Assembly: GCA_963826715.1 (NCBI GenBank) | Contig: CAWGYA010000006.1 | Coordinates: 96,001 to 160,000, forward strand | Length of the DNA stretch: 64,000 nucleotides | Source of the DNA: Candidatus Bathyarchaeota archaeon | GTDB lineage: Archaea; Thermoproteota; Bathyarchaeia; Bathyarchaeales; Bathycorpusculaceae | Reading direction: 5' to 3' | Shown: positions 40,911 to 50,343 of the stretch, piece by piece | Position numbering within the stretch: the stretch's first letter is position 1 | Layout of the letters: each line of letters opens with the position of its first letter | The notes under the pieces: generated by a model | The model's input: only the letters and a program-made list of their open reading frames with translations | What the model was told of the DNA's origin: nothing | Databases searched by the model: none | Translations under genes and position numbers: made by a program

Positions 40911-41519
40911 TCAACTGCGCGCTATTGCATCCGAGACGACCCGCTGCACGTTTTCAGTGCCGATTTCGCGGGTTTCCAGAACTTCAAGAGATATTCCAGC
41001 TTTTTTAATTGCTTCGGAAAGTTTTTGTTTATCACCACAAGTATCCAAAACCACAATACCACGTATACCTGTAAACATTGAAGCAAACACAATATCATCC
41101 ATACCCTCACGACGCATGTTCTCTTTCATGTCATCGAAGAATTCTATCATACCAGGACCCATAAACATCAGGTTGTGATCTGGGTCAGCATTCTGGGATT
41201 TGCCTCCGCCTCCAAGTTGGCAGTCAATGCAATTAAGTGCGTCTACCTTGACAACTCCAAACGCATCAGCAAGATTCTTCATCTCGCCATCCTGCCCCAG
41301 ACAGAGATCACCATAGACCAAAATGATTTTTCCATTAAACCTCTTTTGGGTGTGCTCCAAAACTTTACGCAGATTATTCTCTAACTGAGCGTAGTCTACA
41401 TGGAAATTTTTACTCACGAAAACTAGTTCAGCGTCGAGTTTGCCTTCTGCTTTGAGTTTTTGAAGTTCACGTTTGAGGACGCTGCAGGAAACAAGGCAAA
41501 CAGGTGATTTCTGTTTCAT
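40911..41519 (-). CDS. DUF1638 domain protein
   Basis: VSCSVLKREL, LVYGDLC, NCIDCQLG. Confidence 0.8.
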   Translation of the reverse strand: MKQKSPVCLVSCSVLKRELQKLKAEGKLDAELVFVSKNFHVDYAQLENNLRKVLEHTQKRFNGKIILVYGDLCLGQDGEMKNLADAFGVVKVDALNCIDCQLGGGGKSQNADPDHNLMFMGPGMIEFFDDMKENMRREGMDDIVFASMFTGIRGIVVLDTCGDKQKLSEAIKKAGISLEVLETREIGTENVQRVVSDAIARS

Positions 41520-41675
41520 TATCTCAACTTCAAGGTTTTATTGTTATGATTCCAAATAGCTTTTCTCAGACCAAAGCGAAAAAGGCTCCGATGATTCTCG
41601 AGTCTCTTCCGCTCTCCTAAATATAGAAATCTATTGTCCACACGTTTATAGTGTCTCACTTTAACGCTATCAGTT

Positions 41676-42455
41676 TTATTTAAAAGAGAAATACCCCTGT
41701 TTTACCATACTTATGCGACGAATAATGTTGCAAAAGTGTTACAAAAGTAATAAACCGAATAAACGGTACATTTTCAATTAAAACTCATGGAAAAAAAGTT
41801 TTAAAACTTTTTGTTTTGCGACAATTTTAAGGTACAGTGAGTTAAGGCTAATTTAGGCTTTATTTGGCAAACAAAGAAAAAATAAAGGTCGGGAACAGCT
41901 TACAACTACTTTAAAATGACTTTACAACCGTATGAATGATGAAAAAAGGGTTAAAATTGAAATAAACCCCAGGTTAAACGATGTTGAGAAAACAAAGATT
42001 GCAATGTGGTTTAATAATTTCAATCCAACCTCAAAAAAGCCATAATATGATAATTATAAATATCCAAGGTATACAATAACTTTAAGCATATGCTGCAAGA
42101 AGAAACTAATTGGACGAGGTAAAGGAGATTTGGAGTTTTTTAGGTGTCCGCTTTGTGGTGGTCCTCTTTCTATGGATTTATGTGAGGATTGCGAGGGAAA
42201 ATTTGTAATTGAATTTTTTTGTGAGGGTGAGGGTGATGATCGTTTTAGCTTTGAAATTAGATCTGGTTTGTCTAATCAAGATATTGCTAATTTTAAGGAA
42301 GGTGATTTGACCAAGAGAGAAATGTTGGTTAAGATCACTGAAAGAATAGAAGAAAACGAAGATGATAATTAAGAATCGCACATAATGAATAGCGGGTGGT
42401 CACTGTGCAGACCTCAAAATAATAATTGTTTTGTTGCAAATATAGGTCAGTCTGT
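41676..42455 (+). repeat. Long direct repeat, copy 2 (lacks the CcdA-like ORF)
   Basis: Matches 8344-9072, then jumps to the 9232-9285 equivalent. Confidence 0.95.
42130..42372 (+). CDS. 80-aa Cys-rich protein, copy 2
   Basis: Differs from 8798-9040 at only a few residues near the C-terminus. Confidence 0.75.
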   Translation: MEFFRCPLCGGPLSMDLCEDCEGKFVIEFFCEGEGDDRFSFEIRSGLSNQDIANFKEGDLTKREMLVKITERIEENEDDN

Positions 42456-42552
42456 AGCTTTCAACCCTTTACATATAATATCGATAATTTGATGGCAGAG
42501 CAACTTTCAGTAGTTGCCATTTCAGCAAGAATATTCCCTACTTTTTCTTACC

Positions 42553-43334
42553 AAGAAACGAAATATTCGTCACCAACATACTCGACAATACCGTTTCGGT
42601 TATATCGGATGTCACCAACACTGCTGTTGCCACTATACCCGTTGGGTCACAGCCAGAGGCTCTGGTATACGATTCTGGTAAAAACGAAATATTCGTACTT
42701 AATTTTGGCGATAACTCTGTTTCTGTAATTTCAGACATCACCAACACTGTTGTCGCAACTATACCCGTTGGATCAATGCCGAATGATTTGGCATTTGATT
42801 CGGGCAACGGAATGGTATACGTAACCAATTATAATGATGCCACAGTCTCTGCCATATCAGATAGCAACAACACCGTTGTTGCAAACATACCTGTCGGAAA
42901 ACTGCCAACTTATCTAACACATAATTCTGGTCGAGAAGAAATTTGGGTAATAACTGTTTTTTCAAACTCTATTTCAGTTATATCTGACAGCAACAACACC
43001 GTTACTACAACTATACCAATTTGGTCCGCACTTCAATTGAGGAATAGTTTATGATTCAGGCAAAGGCGAAGTCTTTGTTGTTAATGGCGAGATATCAGTC
43101 ATATCTGATGCTCCAGATTTGACTCCTGCCTCAATCTCTGCTGATGCGAATTCCATCAGACAGGGACAAACAGCAAACTTGACTTCAGTGCTAACAACAG
43201 GTACTTCTCCTTATACATACCAATGGTTCGCTGAGAATCCTGAATCCTCCAATTACTCAGTTATAGAAAATACAACTTCCCAAGACTTCAGCTTTGTAAC
43301 CTCAACTTCGACGGATACGGGCAACAGGAGTTAG
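42553..43334 (+). pseudogene. Truncated YVTN beta-propeller surface protein with a partial Ig/PKD-like domain
   Basis: Repeated EIFVTN..NTVSVISD.TNT.VATIPVG..P...YDSG units; no 5' end; frameshift near 43030. Confidence 0.85.
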
Positions 43335-43551
43335 ATATAGCCAGGGGGCATGGCTTAGATGATCTCCAAAATCTGAATGTTCATCCTGGAAAATTAGCGA
43401 GAGAAATTTTTTCTAAATTATTGCCGGCTTTTTCTTTGGAGATGGCTTAACTCGAATATGGTCATCAGCTCATCGACAAATTGATTCATGATTTTCTAAT
43501 CAATTTTTATGCAGTTAACTTAGCTATTACAACAATTACATAAATCCCACT

Positions 43552-43852
43552 AAGTTGATATCTGGTCTTCCAACCAGAATATTTGCAGGTTTTTTCTTAT
43601 TGAGATCAATCTTATTTATAGGATTGAAACGGTCATCATGTGTCCTGAGGGCGTTTAAAACAATCCAAACCACTTTAAACCGTGCATTATCATCCAAAGC
43701 TTTCTCTGGTGAAATATTACTTGGAATGACAACAGGAATTGTGATTTACCTAATTTTTCCCTTCAGAAAGCCTCATCACACGACCAACAGATTGCACAAC
43801 ATCAATCTGGGAATTCCGTGCAGAAAAAACATTACAGCATCTAAAGTAGGCG
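43552..43852 (-). pseudogene. Fragment of a Type ISP restriction-modification helicase
   Basis: Minus strand reads PTLDAVMF..QIDVVQSVGRVMR..IPVVIP..ALDDNARFKVVWIVLNALRTHDDRFN..INKIDLN with stop and indels. Confidence 0.75.
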
Positions 43853-43890
43853 CTCGCTTGAATTGATAAAAAGGGAAAATGAGGGGTTAT

Positions 43891-45018
43891 CTATTTGTTT
43901 CTTTTCTTTACTACCAATACGATTGTTGTTACTGCAATTGCGGCTATTATAATCGCTATTACAGTTGCGGTACCGACGCCTAATGGCAGGTTGTTTGTCT
44001 GGAGAGATGATTGTGAAGGGGATACAGAAGGTAGTTCAGAGCCTGAAATGTCACCATTATCAACTTCATCAACGCCGCCGAATGCTATGTTGCTGTATGA
44101 GATGATTTCGCCAGTATTCGCCCAGATGAACGCTGTAATGCCATGTACACTGCCCGGGTAGGTTTGGTTTAGAGGCATTCTGATGTCCCAGCAGGGTCTA
44201 AGTTCATAGTTCACAGAAGAAGTTGTTAGCTCGGCTAGAATATTGTTTTCAGCTACGTCAAAGTCTTTCACTATAGAGCCATCAGGCAAGTTATATGAGT
44301 AAGAACGCAGGTTTTTCAGGGCTATGTCAATTGCTTGTTCTTTTGAGATGTTTATCGATGTATCACCGATTGTGTAGAGTGCCCGATTATCAATGAAAGA
44401 CGATATTGCTCCGTTCTTTTGAAAGCTAACCTGTAGTGAGGGATAGTCTACTCCGTTGAGGGTGTGTGTCCACTTAAATACGGTCAGGTTCGTTCCAGGC
44501 CAAAAGGAGTTAGAAGATATGGTTAGTTTCGTATTACCTAATACAGTTGTGGAATCTTTTGTTAAGTCAACGTTATCTAGCGTAGCTAATAGGTTGGTTG
44601 AATCGATCTTGGTGTAGGTTTGATATCTTTCAAGAAAACCCTTTATGGAATCAAATGGAATAGTATACTGTTTGTCTGTGATAACTTGCTCGTACATCGG
44701 AAGAATGATGCATTGCAATACTATGCCTTTTTCGACAATAAAACTCACGTCTACTGTGCTACCTTCTGAACTCAACTCATATTGTAGCGTAGTAATCTTT
44801 CTGTTGTCTTTTGCAAGTGGTACGCCGTCAAGTGTTGAATCATGCTTAAGGCTGATTGTGTATTTTGATAGATCCGCTGACAGCACATTCTCTATGATGT
44901 CCATAGCTTTATCTTGAGCGGTAGTTTGTTCTGCATATGCTATGGGAAAAGCGCCAATAGAAGTTGCAATTAATGCAATAAGCATGGGTGCGAAGAAATT
45001 TGTCAATCGTTTTTTCAT
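43891..45018 (-). CDS. Membrane-anchored surface protein with a PepSY-like domain
   Basis: Signal peptide, ISKEQAIDIAL..PCWDI..IWANTGEII, Ser/Pro linker, TM + KKRNK. Confidence 0.8.
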   Translation of the reverse strand: MKKRLTNFFAPMLIALIATSIGAFPIAYAEQTTAQDKAMDIIENVLSADLSKYTISLKHDSTLDGVPLAKDNRKITTLQYELSSEGSTVDVSFIVEKGIVLQCIILPMYEQVITDKQYTIPFDSIKGFLERYQTYTKIDSTNLLATLDNVDLTKDSTTVLGNTKLTISSNSFWPGTNLTVFKWTHTLNGVDYPSLQVSFQKNGAISSFIDNRALYTIGDTSINISKEQAIDIALKNLRSYSYNLPDGSIVKDFDVAENNILAELTTSSVNYELRPCWDIRMPLNQTYPGSVHGITAFIWANTGEIISYSNIAFGGVDEVDNGDISGSELPSVSPSQSSLQTNNLPLGVGTATVIAIIIAAIAVTTIVLVVKKRNK

Positions 45019-45029
45019 CTATTTTCCTC

Positions 45030-45893
45030 CTAAGGTAGTCCCAAGTTTACATTTCCATATACTACAAGCCACTCTGCTAGGTCAGTGTACACAAAATAAG
45101 TGTTATAGATTATAGCAGATATATAGATTAATGCATCAGCTGTTGAATAGCCGTTGCACAGGTAATACCAGAACGTGCCAGCAATGTTAGCATAGTTATA
45201 AGCAACGTTAATTTCCCATTCGTATTGTGGTGATCCACCATCTAAAGGGTAGGGGTCTGGCGGTACTTGATCGCTCCAGCCCAAGAAAACTTGGTTACCA
45301 GAATCTTGATAACCATAATATCCTAAATCAGGATTATGGGTCCAGCAATAGGGCATTCCATGATAATCACCATTCTCATCCATTACTGCTCCATCGGGGT
45401 ACCACATTGATGTTTGGCAATGCCAAATGAATGTAAAAGTATTTTCAGTTGATGTTAAAGGGTAGAGTTCGTCGGAATATTGGTCAAAAATCCAATTATC
45501 CCATAGCGTGTGGCCATCATTATCTATAAGTCCGATATGAAGCGGGTCGCTCTGTGCGTTTCTGTGTCCCTTTGAAAAGACTATCGATTGGTCAAAGTAG
45601 GTTTGTAATGTCGACAGAATACTCGTGTATTGGCTAACTGTACAATCATCGTCATAACTATAGTAGCAACCATGGGGCGTATTATAGTCAGCTATTGCGG
45701 TCGTTACGTACTGGGCTACACTTAGAGATAGCTGAACTTCATTTTCAGTATCTACGAGTTGTTGGAAGTTATTTGGTAAAAAGTTAGCTGCACCAGTTGT
45801 GGCTGAAGCGAAATTTCCTGAAAGAAATTGCATCGTCGAAAAAAATAGCAGGCTTATTAAGAAAAAACTTGTGAGAACCTTGGTTTTCTTCAT
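45030..45893 (-). CDS. Secreted acidic protein, putative caspase/gingipain-like (clan CD) fold
   Basis: Signal peptide; IVFSKGH..FTFIWHC..VFLGW..VVYGN. Confidence 0.65.
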   Translation of the reverse strand: MKKTKVLTSFFLISLLFFSTMQFLSGNFASATTGAANFLPNNFQQLVDTENEVQLSLSVAQYVTTAIADYNTPHGCYYSYDDDCTVSQYTSILSTLQTYFDQSIVFSKGHRNAQSDPLHIGLIDNDGHTLWDNWIFDQYSDELYPLTSTENTFTFIWHCQTSMWYPDGAVMDENGDYHGMPYCWTHNPDLGYYGYQDSGNQVFLGWSDQVPPDPYPLDGGSPQYEWEINVAYNYANIAGTFWYYLCNGYSTADALIYISAIIYNTYFVYTDLAEWLVVYGNVNLGLP

Positions 45894-45956
45894 TTGTTTA
45901 TCTCCTCTACTTTTTCTCAGTGCTATTATTGGATTGATAATGATTTAGCACTATGC

Positions 45957-45987
45957 TTTAGGACATTATGTCCTAAATTGTAGGACA
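45957..45987 (-). promoter_or_regulatory. Operator: palindrome TTTAGGACAT-T-ATGTCCTAAA plus a third TAGGACA half-site
   Basis: Perfect 10-bp arms, 64 nt upstream of the 45893 start. Confidence 0.75.
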
Positions 45988-46084
45988 CCTTTACGTTAAG
46001 CAATGCTTAAAAAAGTAATAAAAATCAGCGTTGCAGTTATACCATGTAATTGAGTAAATTATTCTGCTTGCATTTTAAGTTAGG

Positions 46085-46325
46085 TCATAAACTGCGTTTA
46101 TGCCATTCGTTTACTGTTTCATAGCAAAAGATTGAAACAAGCATATCGATAAAATGGAATAAAAGTATTCACGAGAAAGCACTAAAGGTCTCAATAATGG
46201 TGATTTGAATCATTAAGAGCCCAATGGCAGACAGGGTGTCGAAGAGCTATCTTGGGACTAGAAAGCGGGCTAATTCGTAGTAATTCTCCAAAATAACCTT
46301 AGTAACAACATAATTTCCTTTCTCA
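46085..46325 (-). pseudogene. Relic of a third membrane-tethered wHTH regulator
   Basis: GNYVVTKVILEN..RFLVPR*LF..LRPLVLSREYF..FCYETV..W.KRSL aligns to the C-terminal half of 48593-49039. Confidence 0.8.
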
Positions 46326-46647
46326 GAAGCTTTGTTCGCACCAACGATCATAAGCTTCCATTAAAAGCTCCTTAACTTGACTTAGTTAAGTTTTTTTTGG
46401 CTATATTCCATTATTTATTTTGAGAAATGTCAAATAGTTCCACTTAATCAAAAGATGAAAGTAGATTTATGCAGGTATTCTCCATGTTTTTCTTAATCTA
46501 ACTAAAAACAATTGATAGTGTGAAGATGAATATGGGTAGAATAATCAACCATGAAAACTCTTCAAGTTCAATAATCCTCGGGTTATCATTTTCTTTCTTG
46601 TCTTTTAACGATTAAAGTTAGCCAAAAAACATAACCATCTGAGAACT

Positions 46648-47031
46648 TCATTTGATCTGTGTTCCTCCAATAATTATACCCGTTGAAACATCCGTCCAAA
46701 CTTCATAGTAGATTCCATGTCCGATTGGCTGCTCAAACCTAATAATCCAACAGAGTACACGCTGTTGGCTCTCTGGTTTCTCTAATCCGAATCTTTCTTG
46801 CCAAAAAAAATTTGGAGTTTTTTCTTCAAGCTGAGCCAGCAACGCATTCCCTATGGTGTAATTCATGCTTTCAAGAAAATCTCGACTTACTTGAATAGCT
46901 TGCTCTTCAGTGAGATTGGCTTGGTCAGGGTCTTCTGCAGAGCGAGGAGCAATTGTTATCAAAGAAAGAGCTGAAAGAAAGACTACGGCAATCAGTATTG
47001 TTAGAAAAAAAGCGAGAGCTTTTCTTTGCAT
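46648..47031 (-). CDS. Membrane-anchored PepSY-domain protein
   Basis: N-terminal TM; LTEEQAIQVS..WIIRFE..YEVWTDVSTGIII. Confidence 0.75.
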   Translation of the reverse strand: MQRKALAFFLTILIAVVFLSALSLITIAPRSAEDPDQANLTEEQAIQVSRDFLESMNYTIGNALLAQLEEKTPNFFWQERFGLEKPESQQRVLCWIIRFEQPIGHGIYYEVWTDVSTGIIIGGTQIK

Positions 47032-47081
47032 TTTGTCCCCACGGTAGACTAAAATGAAAAGTCCCTTATTATGCTATGCTA

Positions 47082-47111
47082 TAGAACAGGATGTCCTAAC
47101 AGTTTGTTCTA
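47082..47111 (-). promoter_or_regulatory. Operator TAGAACA-N3-TGTCCTA plus a TGTTCTA half-site
   Basis: 51 nt upstream of the 47031 start. Confidence 0.65.
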
Positions 47112-47383
47112 CCGAGTACTACCGTCATTTTTCTTTGTTGGGCAAGTTTATTCATAGTTGGACTCTGAAGTCTAACTAATAATTTAGGATTTCTGGAGTA
47201 GAATACTTTGGCCAGATTGAAAAACTAATGTTGCAAAAAGTTGTTACTTCATCCGCTTGACGCCTATTTAGTCTTCGATTGTATTTTAGATCCGCAAACC
47301 TATAGTCTTAGTTAAATCAACTGAAAAAAATTGTATCAAGAATATTAACATAGACTAAAAAAGGTGAGTATAGGTTTGTCGTA

Positions 47384-48445
47384 CTATCTGTAGATTGGAT
47401 CTCCTGTGTCTTCGTAGGTGAATGGAGCTTCTCCTTGCTGTAAAGATGATTCAGCTGCGTCAGCCGCTTCGTTATGAGCGTGTTCGGAATGATTGTAGTC
47501 ATGGTACCAATCGTCGCCGAAGGTTTCTACGTATTCAAGAGAGTAATCAACGTTAACCGGTGTATCGGTGCCCATAAAAGCGCGCGTATATGAAGTAGAG
47601 CCGCCTGGACTCAAGAATGTGTCATTAAAGCCTAATGCATAACAGAAACTGCCTAGTCCAACTCGTAACGTAGAATAATCATAGGTACCCGTTGTAAAAT
47701 CGTCGTCAAAGTAGCAGTTATTCGAAATAATCACTTGGTATTCTTCCATCCACGCATCGTAGCAAACATAACCCACATCACTCTCAACTTCAACGCCGTG
47801 ACCGTTCCAATAGACATCAACGGTTCTATACGTTGCGCATGCCCAAGTAGTCCAAGCCCAAACATTATACCACGTGCAGTCGTCATTCTCCATGAAATGC
47901 CAATAGTCATACGCGCTTGTTGAACTGATATCGCTGCAAAAAGAATCGAACTCTTCTTCGCATTCATATGGCAAATCAATTGTTGTTCCAGGATAGTCCC
48001 ATACGCCAAAACATAAGACCGCCCTTTGGTCCAATAACCAGTCTAAAGAGTCACCACTTGATTACTTCGCAGCGGTCACATCTTGTATATCTGGCGGTTT
48101 GGACAAATCGAGTTCATAAGGCGAAACACTATCTGTACCAATTAGGTTGACCTCTGCACGGGGAGAATCAGCTGTGATAGTGAGGTAGTAGTCTCCATCT
48201 TCACCAAGTACTGGCATTGTATTGTACGAACGTATAATTTGCACCATCAGTTTTGAAGGAATATTTGACATGCTATCTTTCGTGTAGCCTAAAGTTTCAA
48301 GAACTCCTGATGCGTCAACATGCACGTTGCCTGGTCTTTGAAAGGTCGCATCTGGCTTCTCAGCTGGCATTGCACTAACAAGGACTGTAACGGTGGAAAA
48401 TAGTAACATCGAAGCTATTAACAAACTAAAGATTTTTGTTTTAAT
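47384..48445 (-). pseudogene. Secreted caspase/gingipain-like protein (signal + pro-region + His/Cys domain) with an in-frame TAA at 48062-48064
   Basis: ORFs 48062-48424 and 47384-48034 are in frame (AAK*SSGDSLDWLLDQR); VYWNGHG..GLGSFC..AFMG..TGDP. Confidence 0.7.
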
Positions 48446-48499
48446 ATTTTTTTCCTCCTTAATGAATGCAAGGTTCCAAACTAGAACTAATTTCTATAT

Positions 48500-48530
48500 T
48501 TTAGGATGCATGTCCTAAACTTTAGGACAT
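48500..48530 (-). promoter_or_regulatory. Operator: palindrome ATGTCCTAAA-C-TTTAGGACAT plus a TAGGATG half-site
   Basis: Lies between the regulator stop and the secreted gene start. Confidence 0.75.
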
Positions 48531-48592
48531 TTCAATGTCTGACTCAAAAGTCACATATTGACTTTTAATAATAGCTCTTAAAAGGTGGTGCG

Positions 48593-49039
48593 CTACAATC
48601 TGCCTTTACGCCAGACCTTTACGGTTTCATAGCAATAGATTATGAAAAAAATTGACGTCGCAGACATGAAGAAAAAGTATTCGCGGCTAACCACAAATGG
48701 TCTTAAGAAAGTAAGTTCTATCAGCAAGATCATCATAGAAAATATAGAGTAAAAGAGGTATCTAGGAATTAGAAAGTGACTAATTTTTATGCAGTTTTCT
48801 AACATGACCTTATTGACAACAAAATTGCCGCCTTGCCGTTTCAAAAACATAGTCTGTTCTAGCTTAGTTAGATGATATTGAGCCACCGATGGACTACTCA
48901 GATTTAGTGCCCTTTGAATTTCTCGTATTCCAAGGGGTTTTCTGGCCTTGAGCAAAAAACGATAGACATCAAGAGTAGTTCCTCTCAGAACATCATCAGT
49001 TTCTTCTTCCATTAAGCCTGATTCCCCCCCCAATTGCAA
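48593..49039 (-). CDS. Membrane-tethered winged-HTH regulator, paralog B
   Basis: LRGTTLDVYRFLL..GIREIQRALNLSSPSVAQYHLTKLE + 2 TM; start may be ATG 49012. Confidence 0.85.
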   Translation of the reverse strand: MQLGGESGLMEEETDDVLRGTTLDVYRFLLKARKPLGIREIQRALNLSSPSVAQYHLTKLEQTMFLKRQGGNFVVNKVMLENCIKISHFLIPRYLFYSIFSMMILLIELTFLRPFVVSREYFFFMSATSIFFIIYCYETVKVWRKGRL

Positions 49040-49193
49040 TTATAAATGATTGACAAACATTTATAAAATGCTAGTAAATCCACGGATTAAAAACTATTAG
49101 ACATGTGTACAAAAAGTAGTATACTTTCTTAAAACTATGATTAAAATAGCAGATTCTCCTTACAAACTTTAAGAGTAAAGACTTAGAGGACAT

Positions 49194-49475
49194 GTGCAAC
49201 TTATGACTAGACAAAAAACGAAAATGGCAGCAGCGGTTATTCTTGCGATAATGTTATCTTTTATACTCGTTGGAATTAGCAGCAGTCTCTTTCCCGACCA
49301 AAAATCACCAACTAAAGTAATCCCTGACCAAGAACCTCTCTTAAATAAAATGCTTTGGGCATTTCAATATATAAGCGTAATTGCTTTGACATCAATTGTA
49401 GTAGTAGGCGCAGGGATTCTCACAAATCGAATAATAAGCAAGAAAAAGCCTAAACATACACTGAAAAAAGTTTGA
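49194..49475 (+). CDS. Small 2-TM hypothetical protein
   Basis: Two hydrophobic segments and a basic tail. Confidence 0.55.
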   Translation: MQLMTRQKTKMAAAVILAIMLSFILVGISSSLFPDQKSPTKVIPDQEPLLNKMLWAFQYISVIALTSIVVVGAGILTNRIISKKKPKHTLKKV

Positions 49476-49941
49476 GTCTCTTCTAACGTTTTCAGTAATT
49501 TACTTCTATATTATGTTTTGGCATCTTCCAGAATTTTTCAATTACGCCAATACACTTGGATCAACCACTTCAAAATGGTGAACAATTCGCTCTTCCTGGA
49601 TATCCTCTAAACCGAATAAAGCAATGTCTTCAAACATCATAAGTAAAGAAAGACTTTGTTTTTTCAGGTCTATCAACTTCAGGCATTTTGCTAAGATTAT
49701 AAAAAACGTTTTGGTGGGCTGCTGCGCCACAAGTATAAATTTCTTTTTCGGCTATATACATGGAACGTATATTTGATGCTTGTTGAATTTGGATTGAAGG
49801 AAAAAATAAGTGGCTTACAACAATTTAGAATGCAGGCAGAAAGTAAAAATAATTTTATTTTTCGTCATTTCTATTTAAAAACTATTCGTTAAATGAACTT
49901 TTTTCTTAAAATAATGTTCATCCGCAAGTTTTATTATTTAA

Positions 49942-50343
49942 TTAGGGTTTGAAGCAATATCTGGGCCAAGCTGGCCATTTCTGAGGCTCGCTGCAGGTGC
50001 CAAAGTCCAGCGTTAAATCCATACCAATTTTAAGCTTCTCTTGAGATATATTCTGAATCATCCCCGGGATTTTCAGCCCATTATCCAATTCCACAATGCC
50101 TACAGCATATGGCGTTAAATTCTGGAACTGCTCTGGCGCCACATAAATAACTGTGTATGTGAGGAGTTTACCTTTGCCTGAAATCTCAAGCCAGCTAAAG
50201 TTTTGAGATAAACAGTTGTCACAAAGGGGACGCGGCGGCAGATGGATTTTGCCGCATTTTAAACATTTACCCGCCATCAGTTTACCTTGTGACAGATACT
50301 TGTAAAATTGGTCAATTGTAAATGGTGCTTCTTGAGTACTCAT
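49942..50343 (-). CDS. Zn-ribbon/OB-fold (DUF35) thiolase partner
   Basis: CLKCG..PPR..CDNC, GKLLTYTVI; overlaps the thiolase stop. Confidence 0.93.
   Translation of the reverse strand: MSTQEAPFTIDQFYKYLSQGKLMAGKCLKCGKIHLPPRPLCDNCLSQNFSWLEISGKGKLLTYTVIYVAPEQFQNLTPYAVGIVELDNGLKIPGMIQNISQEKLKIGMDLTLDFGTCSEPQKWPAWPRYCFKP

Noticed and set aside
42426-42965. ORFs 42426-42728(+), 42538-42828(-) and 42759-42965(-)
   Set aside because: Off-frame or antisense shadows of the YVTN pseudogene
43555-43866. Plus-strand 103-aa ORF
   Set aside because: Antisense shadow of the Type ISP fragment
49542-49730. 62-aa minus-strand ORF at the end of island 2
   Set aside because: No recognisable family; probably spurious or a fragment
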